Of a DNA stretch of 64,000 nt, positions 1 through 8,914 are shown piece by piece (the first letter of the stretch is position 1; the number at the start of each line of letters is the position of its first letter). Source of the stretch: an uncultured Nitrospinota bacterium (lineage in GTDB: Bacteria; Tectomicrobia; Entotheonellia; J063; CAVPRW01); the NCBI GenBank assembly GCA_963707985.1, contig CAVPRW010000029.1, forward strand, positions 64,001-128,000. Direction: 5' to 3'. The translations under genes and the position numbers were made by a program. Under the pieces are notes generated by a model. It made no database searches. It saw nothing but the letters and a program-made list of their open reading frames with translations, and was not told the DNA's origin.

Positions 1-185
1 GCGCGGCCAAAGGAGAACGCGCCCGCTACTGCCGCACGACTCCAGCCAAACTCCTCAACGAAGGCGACTAGGAAGACGCCAAAAGAGTCGTTGATACCGC
101 GCACCACGGCAAACACCAACCCGGAGACGCCGACGACCACCCAGCCGTAAAAGAATCGTCGCGGCTTGCCGTCAGCTTCCTCCAT
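1..185 (-). CDS. MFS transporter, N-terminal part (runs off the window)
   Basis: Manual translation from ATG at 185: MEEADGKPRRFFYGWVVVGVSGLVFAVVRGINDSFGVFLVAFVEEFGWSRAAVAGAFSLA. The FYGWVVV...FGVF...EFGWSR pattern is typical of OFA/MCT-like MFS permeases. Confidence 0.8.
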   Translation of the reverse strand, partial: MEEADGKPRRFFYGWVVVGVSGLVFAVVRGINDSFGVFLVAFVEEFGWSRAAVAGAFSFGR

Positions 186-499
186 CGCGTCCTTTGTCCC
201 TCATGCTATCTGCCCTGCCACAGAGACTCGTCCCAGGCCGCCGAGACCACAGATAATGGCCCAAGACCTGGGTAAAACAGAGCTATACTAAAGGGCGTGG
301 GTGGTGGTGTCAAGGACGAGGGGCGCTTGCGACGGCAGTTCGTACCGGCCTAGCTGCGGCGCGCAGCGTCGTCAGGGCGCTGGGGCAGTCGGCTCATGCA
401 TAATTTGACGGTAACGACGGCAATAATGCTAATATCCACGCAGGCATTTTTTGCGGTGAAAATTACACTCGTGGATCCTCTCAAGAAAGGGCGGCGGAC

Positions 500-1315
500 A
501 TGAAGGGCTTTTTCGCCTGCATGTGCTTCTGGCTTATTGTTCCCTCCATGGCATATGCGGTGGAGATGCCTGACACCGTTTTTCTCGAAGAACTGACGTG
601 GATTGAAGTGCGAGAAGCGCTCAAGGCCGGACACACCACCATCCTTTTCCCCACCGGCGGCACCGAGCAAAACGGCCCGCATATGGTGCTAGGCAAGCAC
701 AATTTTATCGTCAAGTATACGGCCGAACAGATTGCCCGCCGGCTCGGCAATGCGCTGGTTGCCCCGGTGCTGGCCTATGTGCCCGAGGGAGACTTGACGC
801 CTCCCACTGGCCACATGCGCTTTCCCGGTACCCTTACCCTGCCGGATGCAGTGTTCATGAAGGTGACGGAATATGCCGCGCGGAGCTTTAAGGTGCACGG
901 CTTCAAGGATATCGTCCTGCTTGGCGATAGTGGCGAAAATCAGCGGGGCTTGCGAGCCGTCGCCGCCCTGCTCAATAAGGAATGGGCGCACAGCGACGTC
1001 CGGGTGCACTTTGTGCCTGACTATTATAGCGGGAATGGCTTTTCTGCGTGGCTGGAGCGACAGGGGGAAACGTCACTAGCCATTGGCAAACACGCTGGCA
1101 TCATGGACACATCAGAATTGATGGCCATCGACCCGAAGCTCCTGCGCCTGGACAAACTGGCGCCGGGGGGGGAGCGCTGGGCTAATGGGGTCTCGGGCAA
1201 CCCTACACACGCGAGCATCGCCTATGGCAGGAAGGGGCTCGAGTTGAAGATAGCCGCCGCAGTGACCCAGATTCAGCAGTTGATTGCGGCACGAGGGAAG
1301 TCTGCTGGGCGATAG
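500..1315 (+). CDS. Creatininase/creatinine amidohydrolase family protein with N-terminal signal peptide
   Basis: Motifs LEELTWxE, PTGGTEQNGPH, FPGT, HAGxxDTS. Hydrophobic N-terminus ending in AYA. Confidence 0.8.
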   Translation: MKGFFACMCFWLIVPSMAYAVEMPDTVFLEELTWIEVREALKAGHTTILFPTGGTEQNGPHMVLGKHNFIVKYTAEQIARRLGNALVAPVLAYVPEGDLTPPTGHMRFPGTLTLPDAVFMKVTEYAARSFKVHGFKDIVLLGDSGENQRGLRAVAALLNKEWAHSDVRVHFVPDYYSGNGFSAWLERQGETSLAIGKHAGIMDTSELMAIDPKLLRLDKLAPGGERWANGVSGNPTHASIAYGRKGLELKIAAAVTQIQQLIAARGKSAGR

Positions 1316-1371
1316 AGACATGGCCCACATCGCAGTGACGAACACCTCGCCTTATGAGAAGGAACTGTTCT

Positions 1372-2727
1372 ATGGCCACAGAACGATTCGTTGTCATCGG
1401 TGGTGATGCGGCGGGCATGAGCGCGGCGTCACAGGCGCGTCGGCGACGGCCTGAGCTTGAAATCGCTGCCTTTGAGCGCAGCCCTCACACGTCGTACTCG
1501 GCTTGAGGGATACCCTACTATGTCGGCAAGGTTGTCGACGATGTGGAAGCGTTGATCGCTCGTACACCGCAAACGTTTCGTGAGAAGCAAAACATCGACG
1601 CGCGTATCCTACATGAAGTGGAGGAAATTGACCTTGACCGGCGGCGACTACGCGTCCGTCAGATCGAAACTGGTTCTGTCGGGTGGGAGCCCTTTGACCA
1701 TCTCTTGATCGCGACGGGTGCCAGCCCAGTATTCCCCGATGTGCCGGGGGCGGATGCGCAGGGAATTTACGGCCTGAGTACGCTGCAAAGCGGCCTTGCC
1801 GTGCGCCAGGCGATCGATCAGCAGTCGCCCAGGCGCGCCGTTATTGTGGGAGGCGGTTACATCGGACTCGAGATGGCCGAAGCCCTGGTCTTGCGTGGCC
1901 TCGAAGTGTCGTTGGTCGAAAGGCTGCCACAGGTGATGGGAACCTTGGACGCGGATATGGGAGCACTGGTCTCGGACGCCTTATGCAACATCGGTGTGAC
2001 GCTGTACCTTGAGGAATCACTGGAGAGCTTCGACGTCGACCGTGGTCACGTTCGAGCGGTGGTGACCGATCAGCGCACGCTGCCCGCCGATCTGGTGATT
2101 CTGGGTTTGGGGGTACGCCCGAACTCAACCCTGGCGGCCGAGGCGGAGATCCCCCTGGGTGAACGCAGGGCCATCAAAGTCAATGAGCGCATGCAAACGG
2201 CGGTGGCAGGGGTCTGGGCTGCCGGCGATTGCGTCGAGTCGTTCCATCTCGTGAGTCGTAAGCCGTTTTACGTGGCATTGGGCACGGTGGCGAACAAACA
2301 GGGACGCGTCGCGGGCATCAATCTTGGCGGCGGCTATGCCACCTTTCCCGGCGTGGTGGGGACGGCGGTGAGTAAGGTCTGCGATGTCGAGGTTGCCCGC
2401 ACGGGCTTGCAAGAAGCGGAGATTCAGCGTCTCGGGTGGGAGTATATCACCGCCAAGATCGACAGCAAGACGCGGGCGGGCTACTACCCGGATGCCGGCC
2501 CGATCACGGTCAAGGTGCTGGCGGAGCGGGACAGCGGACGGCTGCTAGGTGGCCAAATCGTCGGCATCGAAGGGGCGGCGAAGCGTATCGACGTGCTGGC
2601 GACGGCGCTGCACGCGGGCTTCACCGTGCAGGAGATGGTTCACCTGGATTTGAGCTATGCGCCCCCCTATTCGCCGGTCTGGGACCCGGTGCTCATTGCC
2701 GCCCGCAGAGCCGCAGATCTGATCTAG
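1372..2727 (+). CDS. FAD-dependent CoA-disulfide reductase / NADH oxidase family flavoprotein, probable selenoprotein (Sec45)
   Basis: RBS AGAAGGA, then ATG at 1372. Reads MATERFVVIGGDAAGMSAASQARR...SYSA-TGA(1504-1506)-GIPYY, in frame with the 1543..2727 ORF. Also LLIATG, GGGYIGLEMAE, AGDC and LDLSYAPPYSPVWDP. Confidence 0.9.
1507..1545 (+). promoter_or_regulatory. Candidate bacterial SECIS element
   Basis: Stem GTCGGCA (1522-1528) / TGTCGAC (1533-1539) with apical loop AGGT (G at loop position 2). The loop starts 22 nt after the UGA. Confidence 0.7.
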
Positions 2728-2750
2728 GCGGCAGCACGTTTGCCCCCTCT

Positions 2751-2783
2751 CCCTCACCCCCACCCTCTCCCGGCGGGAGAGGG
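2751..2783. repeat. REP-like palindromic repeat, copy 1
   Basis: CCCTCACCCCCACCCTCTCCC-GGC-GGGAGAGGG; near-identical copy at 8867-8899. Confidence 0.7.
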
Positions 2784-2895
2784 TGGAACAGCCTGCACCG
2801 CGTCTCTATAATCGCCCATTGCATGGACCTTTCCTATCACGTACCCTACCGTTACGGTGGTGTATGCTGATCTCGACAGAAGGAGGTAGTATCTC

Positions 2896-4350
2896 ATGAA
2901 CATGAAGGTGAATCGGATCGCGGAAACGATCTGGGAGATCCCTATCACGGAAAAAGAAGGCATGCTGGTGCCTGCCCGGATCTATGCCACCGAGCAGCTC
3001 TTCAACGCCATGGATGAAACGGTCTATGACCAGATTACCAATGTCGCGACGCTGCCAGGCATCACCAAGTACGCCCTGTGCATGCCGGATGGCCATTCGG
3101 GCTACGGCTTCCCAATCGGTGGTGTGGCCGCCATGGATGTCGAGCGCGGCGGGGTGATCTCTCCGGGGGGCATCGGCTTCGACATCAATTGCGGTATGCG
3201 GTTAGTGGTCACGAATCTGACCTATGAGGAAGTCAAACCGCATATCCAGACCTTGGTCGATCGCCTGTTTCAGCGTGTGCCGGCCGGTGTCGGCAGCACC
3301 GGTTTCGTCAAACTCTCGCGCCCGGAATTTCGCCAGGTGGTAGAGCAGGGAGCACGCTGGTGTATTCAAAATGGCTACGGCTGGCCTGAAGACCTGGAGC
3401 TCACCGAGGAATCGGGCTGTATCGCTGGCGCCGATGCCGCCAAGATCAGCGACAAGGCCATCGACCGTGGGGTCAAGCAGATCGGCACTCTCGGCTCAGG
3501 CAATCATTATCTGGAGATTCAGGTGGCGCACCGCGAGCACATCCACGACGAAGACGTGGCACGCCGCTTCGGCATCACCATGCCGGATCAGGTGGTCATC
3601 ATGTTTCACTGTGGCAGCCGTGGATTCGGCCATCAGGTGGCGACTGACTATTTACAAGTGTTTTTGCGGGTGATGGAGAGCAAGTACCATATCAAAATCC
3701 TCGATCGCGAGCTGGCCTGCGCCCCGTTCAACACACCTGAGGGACGAGACTACTTCGCGGCCATGAAATGCGGCCTGAACATGTCGTTTGCCAACCGGCA
3801 GGTCATCCTGCACCGCATCCGTGAGGTGTTCTCCGCTGTCTTCAACCGCTCGGCCGAGGAGCTTGGCATGCACATGGTGTACGACGTGGCTCATAATACG
3901 GCCAAGCTGGAGCGCCACGGCATCGATGGAGAGGAGCGTACGCTGCTGGTGCATCGGAAGGGGGCTACCCGCGCCTTTGGCCCCCACATGGAAGGTCTCC
4001 CGGCACGCTACCAGGATGTGGGGCAACCCATCATCCTTGGTGGCAGCATGGAGACCGGGTCTTATCTGCTGGTAGGCGTCCCTGAGGGGGCGCAAACCTT
4101 TTTCAGCACCGCCCACGGCAGTGGTCGCACCATGAGTCGGACCAGAGCTCGCAAGCAATGGCGCGGCGACAAACTTCAGCGCGAGATGGCGGCACGGGGC
4201 ATATACGTGCGCACCGCCTCGTGGTCGGGGCTGGCCGAGGAGGCTGGCGGTGCCTATAAAGATATCGAAGACGTCATCGAGGCCACTGAACGGGCCGGCA
4301 TCAGCAAGCGGGTGGTGCGCTTCACACCTGTCGGCAATGTGAAGGGATAG
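2896..4350 (+). CDS. rtcB: RtcB RNA 3'-phosphate/5'-OH ligase (archaeal/archease-dependent type)
   Basis: Motifs MPDGHSGYGFPIGG, GFDINCG, GTLGSGNHYLE, HCGSRG, HNTAK, HRKGAT, STAHGSGR and EEAxxAYKD. RBS AGGAGG at 2881-2886. Confidence 0.95.
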   Translation: MNMKVNRIAETIWEIPITEKEGMLVPARIYATEQLFNAMDETVYDQITNVATLPGITKYALCMPDGHSGYGFPIGGVAAMDVERGGVISPGGIGFDINCGMRLVVTNLTYEEVKPHIQTLVDRLFQRVPAGVGSTGFVKLSRPEFRQVVEQGARWCIQNGYGWPEDLELTEESGCIAGADAAKISDKAIDRGVKQIGTLGSGNHYLEIQVAHREHIHDEDVARRFGITMPDQVVIMFHCGSRGFGHQVATDYLQVFLRVMESKYHIKILDRELACAPFNTPEGRDYFAAMKCGLNMSFANRQVILHRIREVFSAVFNRSAEELGMHMVYDVAHNTAKLERHGIDGEERTLLVHRKGATRAFGPHMEGLPARYQDVGQPIILGGSMETGSYLLVGVPEGAQTFFSTAHGSGRTMSRTRARKQWRGDKLQREMAARGIYVRTASWSGLAEEAGGAYKDIEDVIEATERAGISKRVVRFTPVGNVKG

Positions 4351-4355
4351 CTGGC

Positions 4356-5264
4356 ATGGAGCCACGTACGCCCATTACCCTGATCACTGGGCCCCTGGGG
4401 AGCGGCAAGACCACGCTGTTGCGCCACATCCTGGACACGGTGTCGCAAAAGCTTGCTATCCTGATGAATGAATTCGGCGAGATCGCCATCGATAGCCAGA
4501 TCATCGAAGGCAGAAACATCCGTATCGCTGACCTCGGGGGTGGGTGCGTCTGTTGCTCCCTGCTGGGGGAATTCGAGGCGGCGGTGACTGAGGTCATCGA
4601 CACGGTGCACCCCGACCTCATCATCGTCGAAACCACCGGGGTGGCCGAGCCCGATGCGCTGGTGTTCGATATCCAAGAGAATGTGCCGCGGGTACGTCTG
4701 GATGGCGTGGTGACCGTGGCTGATGCCGACGCCATGGTGCGCTACCCGCGCCTGGGGCATACGGGGCGAGTGCAAATCGAAGCGGCCGATATCATTCTGC
4801 TCAACAAGGTCGATCTGGTGACGGCCGAGCAGCTCGCTGAGGTCACTGCCCGCCTGCGGCAGCTCAATGAGAAGGCGCCGATTCTGCCTACACGACGCTG
4901 CCTGGTCGACCCAGATGTGCTGTTTGGCTTGTCTCGGACACACGAGGTGAGCCTCCCGCAACATCGTCCTCACCTTGGTGTAGAGTCCTTCAGCTACGTC
5001 TCCACGGCAACTCTGACACGGCCGTGTTTTGAAGCGTTCGTTGAACACCTGAACCCTGCAATCGTCCGGGCCAAGGGCTTTGTCCGTTTCCCGGAGGGAA
5101 CCTATCTATTCAATTATGTCGCTGGACGCTGGGATCTCGAAGCGTTTGCGGAGAAGCCGACGACGCTGGTGTTTATCGGCGAGCAGGTTTCCCGGCATGA
5201 AGCCGACCTGATCGAGGCGCTCAAGCGCTGCGAGCAGCAGGAGGTCACGGCCCATGCCCTATGA
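4356..5264 (+). CDS. COG0523/CobW family G3E P-loop GTPase (putative metallochaperone)
   Basis: GPLGSGKTT, NEFGE, GGGCVCC metal motif, ETTG, LNKVD, and a C-terminal CobW_C-like RAKGFV. Confidence 0.92.
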   Translation: MEPRTPITLITGPLGSGKTTLLRHILDTVSQKLAILMNEFGEIAIDSQIIEGRNIRIADLGGGCVCCSLLGEFEAAVTEVIDTVHPDLIIVETTGVAEPDALVFDIQENVPRVRLDGVVTVADADAMVRYPRLGHTGRVQIEAADIILLNKVDLVTAEQLAEVTARLRQLNEKAPILPTRRCLVDPDVLFGLSRTHEVSLPQHRPHLGVESFSYVSTATLTRPCFEAFVEHLNPAIVRAKGFVRFPEGTYLFNYVAGRWDLEAFAEKPTTLVFIGEQVSRHEADLIEALKRCEQQEVTAHAL

Positions 5265-5685
5265 ATTTGTGGATGAGCTGACCGTGGCGGACCTTGCCTT
5301 CCGCGCCTGGGGTCACGATCTGGAGGAGACGTTTGCCGCCGCAGCCGATGCCGTCATGAACGCCATGGTGGAAGACCTCGAGGCCATTCAGCCACAGGAC
5401 ACACGCATATTGAACGTTGAGCATGAGGCGTTGGATCTGCTGCTGTTCAATTTCCTGCAGGAGTTGGTCTATTACAAAGATGCCGAACAATTACTGCTGC
5501 GCGTCCAGCAGCTGCACATTGCCGACGAGCGCCAGCCATACACCCTGCAGGCGACGGCAGTCGGCGAACGCATCGATCCCGAGCGCCATCACATGCGGGT
5601 GGACGTCAAAGCGGTGACGCTGCATCGCTTCGCGCTCACACAGACTGAGAGCGGCTGGGAGGCCACGGTGATCCTGGATATTTGA
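5254..5685 (+). CDS. Archease (RtcB activator)
   Basis: MPYEFVDELTVADLAFRAWG...LL.NFLQEL.Y..D...VKAVTLH...W.A.VILDI. Overlaps the upstream gene by 11 nt. Confidence 0.92.
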   Translation: MPYEFVDELTVADLAFRAWGHDLEETFAAAADAVMNAMVEDLEAIQPQDTRILNVEHEALDLLLFNFLQELVYYKDAEQLLLRVQQLHIADERQPYTLQATAVGERIDPERHHMRVDVKAVTLHRFALTQTESGWEATVILDI

Positions 5686-5763
5686 GGGGTTCAATGCGTG
5701 TTTGCACCATGCCGGGTTGGGAGCTTCTCGCCTCGCTACGTTACTCGGAAAGGCGTGTGAACG

Positions 5764-5792
5764 TTGCATAAATCACCTGCATGTGCTATGCT
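5764..5792 (+). promoter_or_regulatory. Sigma70-type promoter for the heptad-repeat gene
   Basis: TTGCAT - 17 nt - TATGCT with a TGn extension. Confidence 0.45.
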
Positions 5793-5882
5793 GGACGCAC
5801 TGATTATCCGTCATCATAGGTCCCACGGCCGGCCGGCGCAGGTTCCTTGCAATCCCTGATCGCGCTCCGCAGCGAGGCAAGC

Positions 5883-6847
5883 ATGCCGTTCACTGTTGAA
5901 GAATTTCGCGACCTCGTTCGCATTCTTGAGGAACGCCCCGAGTGGCGTGCAGAGCTGCGTCGTCTGGTGCTGACCGATGAGATGCTGACGCTCCCCGCAG
6001 TTGGTCCGCGAGCTGATCGAGGCACAACGCCGCACGGAGGCGCAAGTCACGGCTTTGGCTGAGGCGCAGCACCGCACCGAGCAACGTGTGGCCACCATCG
6101 AAGAGCAGCTTGCGGCCCTCATCGAAGCCCAGCGTCGCACCGAACAACGCGTGGCCACCATCGAGGAGCAGCTTGCAGTCCTCATCGAGGCGCAACAACG
6201 GACCGAGACCCAGATGATTGCTCTGGTTGAAGCCCAGCGCCGCACTGACCAACGCGTGGCCACCATCGAGGAGCAGCTTGCGGCCCTCATCGAAGCCCAA
6301 CAACGGACCGAGCGGGAAATTGCCGCCCTGGTGGAGGTACAACGACGGACCGAGCAACGCATTGGCACCCTGACTAATGACATGGCCGATGTCAAAGGCG
6401 TCGTTCTCGAACTGCGCTACCACCACCGTGCCCACGCCTACTTTGCGCCCACTGATCCGGCGCACCCATGTGCTGTCGGGAGAGGAGCTCGACACTCTCT
6501 TGGAAGGGGCCGTGGCACAGGGACAGCTTTCCGAAGCCGAGGCGGATGAGATCCTCCTCGCCGATCTTCTTCTGCGGGGGCGACGTCGTGCGGACAATGC
6601 GGAGGTGTATGTTGTCGTAGAAATCTCCTGGAAGATCGATCCCTACGACGTGGAGAGGTCGGTACGTCGTGCGGCGTTACTGAGCCGCCTTGGAACTCCG
6701 GCGCTCCCAGCGGTCGCCGGCAAGGAGGTCATCGACGAAGCGGCCAGCCTGGCAAGCATGCTCCACGTCTGGCAGCTGACCAATGGCCAGGCGAGACCCC
6801 CCCACCAGCCTGGCAGTGGCAACGATCACTCTACCCCCCACGCATAA
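5883..6847 (+). CDS. Coiled-coil heptad-repeat protein with possible PD-(D/E)XK-like C-terminal domain (two apparent frameshifts, ~5995 and ~6448)
   Basis: N-terminus MPFTVEEFRDLVRILEERPEWRAELRRL, repeats of EAQRRTEQRVATIEEQLAALI, C-terminus ADLLLRGR...VVVEISW.ID..DV.R..RRA.LL. The pieces lie in three frames, joined by removing single extra C residues. Confidence 0.7.
6015..6365 (+). repeat. Intragenic tandem repeats (42/63-bp units, heptad multiples)
   Basis: Recurring gaggc(g/a)ca(a/g)cg..gcaccga.caacg.gtggccaccatcga.gagcagcttgc. Confidence 0.85.
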
Positions 6848-6866
6848 GCCTCGCTTCCGGCAGCGC

Positions 6867-7853
6867 TCATCCGTACAGATGACACGCCACACGATGTCCG
6901 GGGGACACCGGGCGTAGCCCCGGGCTATCCTGGGAACAGCGGGCAAGCGCCAGGGGACAACGTGGGTGAAAGTGGCAGCCCGAGGGTGGGTTGGTTGGGG
7001 AGGGGACTTCGCCGCTCAGCAAAATTTCCTCGCGGTCTTCCCCCGGCCGCGTCGGCAGGGCGGCCGAGATCAGCGCCTTCGTATAGGGATGCAGGGGGTT
7101 GGTGAACAACTCCTCCGAGGGCGCGTTTTCGACGAGCTTACCGAGATACATCACCGCCACGTGATGGCTCAAGTAGCGGACCGTGGCCAGATTGTGGGCA
7201 ATGAGCAGATAGGCGATGCCGAACTCCTCCTGCAAATCTTTGAAGAGATTCATGATCTGGGCACGGATGGAGACATCCAGGGCCGACACTGGCTCATCCA
7301 GCACGATCAGCGCTGGGTGTAGCGCCAGGGCGCGCGCGATGGCCACGCGTTGCCGCATGCCGCCGCTGAACTCATGCGGGAAATTACCCGCCGCAGCGGG
7401 CTCCAACCCTACCGCCAGCAATAATTCGGCCACACGCTCCTGCACCTCTTTGCCGTGCAAGCGCTGATTGACGACCAGAGGCTCGGCGATGATCTCGCCA
7501 GCTCGCATGCGTGGGTTGAGCGAGCTCCAGGGGTCCTGAAAGACCGCCTGCACGCCCGCCCAATAGCGCCGTAAGCCCCTGCCTTCCAGCGCCTGCACTT
7601 CCTGGCCCTCGAAGACAATTCGTCCTGCCGTCACCTCCTCCAGGCGCATGATGAGCTTTGCCGTGGTCGTCTTGCCACAGCCCGATTCGCCCACCAAACT
7701 GACGGTTTCATGGGGCAAGATATCGAAGGACACACCGTCGACTGCCCGTACATAGCCGCTTGGTAGCGACCATGGGAAAGTCCCTGCCAGCGGGAAAAGC
7801 TTGCGTAGCCCCTGCACCCTGAGTAATGGAATCGCCTCACGCGTCGACGTCAT
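6867..7853 (-). CDS. Oligopeptide/dipeptide ABC transporter ATP-binding subunit (OppF/DppF type)
   Basis: GESGCGKTT, FSGGMRQR, LDEPVSALDVS, C-terminal GCHFHPRC...ACH. ATGA overlap with the upstream gene. Confidence 0.93.
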   Translation of the reverse strand: MTSTREAIPLLRVQGLRKLFPLAGTFPWSLPSGYVRAVDGVSFDILPHETVSLVGESGCGKTTTAKLIMRLEEVTAGRIVFEGQEVQALEGRGLRRYWAGVQAVFQDPWSSLNPRMRAGEIIAEPLVVNQRLHGKEVQERVAELLLAVGLEPAAAGNFPHEFSGGMRQRVAIARALALHPALIVLDEPVSALDVSIRAQIMNLFKDLQEEFGIAYLLIAHNLATVRYLSHHVAVMYLGKLVENAPSEELFTNPLHPYTKALISAALPTRPGEDREEILLSGEVPSPTNPPSGCHFHPRCPLALARCSQDSPGLRPVSPGHRVACHLYG

Positions 7854-8830
7854 ACATGCCTCCAACAACTGCTCAGGTGTCCTGGAGCAATCTCCACCTC
7901 AGGGGGATAGGCCTCCATACAGTGCGGCATGACATACGGGCAGCGGGATGCAAACGGGCATCCCACGGGCCGTTCATAGATCGACGGCGGAGAACCCTCG
8001 ATCGCGTATAAACGCTGCGTTCCCAGGCGTACATCGGGTACGGAGTTGAGCAGCGCTTCAGCATATGGATGGGCGGGTTTGTCGAACAGTTCCCAGGTCG
8101 CGGCGGTTTCGACGATTTTCCCGGCATACATCACGGCCACCCGGTCGCACATGCGGGCCACCACGCCGAAATCATGCGTGATGAACAGAATCGCCAGGTC
8201 CGTTTCCTTCTGGATCTCTTTGAGTAGCGCCAGATACGCCGCTTGCACCGTGACATCGAGCGAGGTCGTGGGCTCGTCGGCAATGAGGACTTCAGGATTG
8301 CACGACAAGCCGATGGCACCGACGACGCGCTGGCGCATGCCGCCGCTGAACTGGTGTGGGTAGCTGCTCAAGCGTTGATCCGGCGCGGGGATACGCAACA
8401 ACTTCAAGAGCTCGATGGCACGTTGCCGTAGACTGCCACCACGCAGACGCTGATGCAGGCGCAGGGGCTCGCTGAGTTGGTTGTTAATGGTAAAAACTGG
8501 ATTCAGGGCACTCATGGGGTCTTGTAAAATCATCGCCAGGCGCTTGCCGCGATAGCGCCTGAGCTCATTCGGGGAAAGCTGGACGAGGTCTTCGCTGTCG
8601 AAGAGGATCTGGCCGCCGACGATGCGCGCCGCCGGTCGCGGATAGAGACCGACAATGGACAACGAGGTCATGCTCTTACCGCACCCTGACTCGCCAACCA
8701 ATCCCAGCGTCTCCCCGCGGTGCAGATCGAAACTGACGCCATCCACGGCCTTCCCTACACCGCGCTGGGTGTAGAAGTACGTCTGCAGATTCCGCACTGA
8801 CAGCACGACATGGTCAGCAGAGTCGTCCAT
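7850..8830 (-). CDS. Oligopeptide/dipeptide ABC transporter ATP-binding subunit (OppD/DppD type)
   Basis: GESGCGKS, FSGGMRQR, ADEPTT, GCPFASRC. Confidence 0.93.
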   Translation of the reverse strand: MDDSADHVVLSVRNLQTYFYTQRGVGKAVDGVSFDLHRGETLGLVGESGCGKSMTSLSIVGLYPRPAARIVGGQILFDSEDLVQLSPNELRRYRGKRLAMILQDPMSALNPVFTINNQLSEPLRLHQRLRGGSLRQRAIELLKLLRIPAPDQRLSSYPHQFSGGMRQRVVGAIGLSCNPEVLIADEPTTSLDVTVQAAYLALLKEIQKETDLAILFITHDFGVVARMCDRVAVMYAGKIVETAATWELFDKPAHPYAEALLNSVPDVRLGTQRLYAIEGSPPSIYERPVGCPFASRCPYVMPHCMEAYPPEVEIAPGHLSSCWRHV

Positions 8831-8866
8831 CCATCCTCCTACGCCTCTCTCTCCCCTCTCCTGCCG

Positions 8867-8899
8867 CCCTCACCCTAACCCTCTCCCGGTGGGAGAGGG
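8867..8899. repeat. REP-like palindromic repeat, copy 2
   Basis: CCCTCACCCTAACCCTCTCCC-GGT-GGGAGAGGG, between the permease and ATPase genes. Confidence 0.7.
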
Positions 8900-8914
8900 A
8901 ACTCTAAGGTCGGT

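Noticed and set aside
6015..6365. Regularly spaced repeats resembling a CRISPR array
   Set aside because: The units are in-frame coding heptads without unique spacers, and there are no cas genes in the window.
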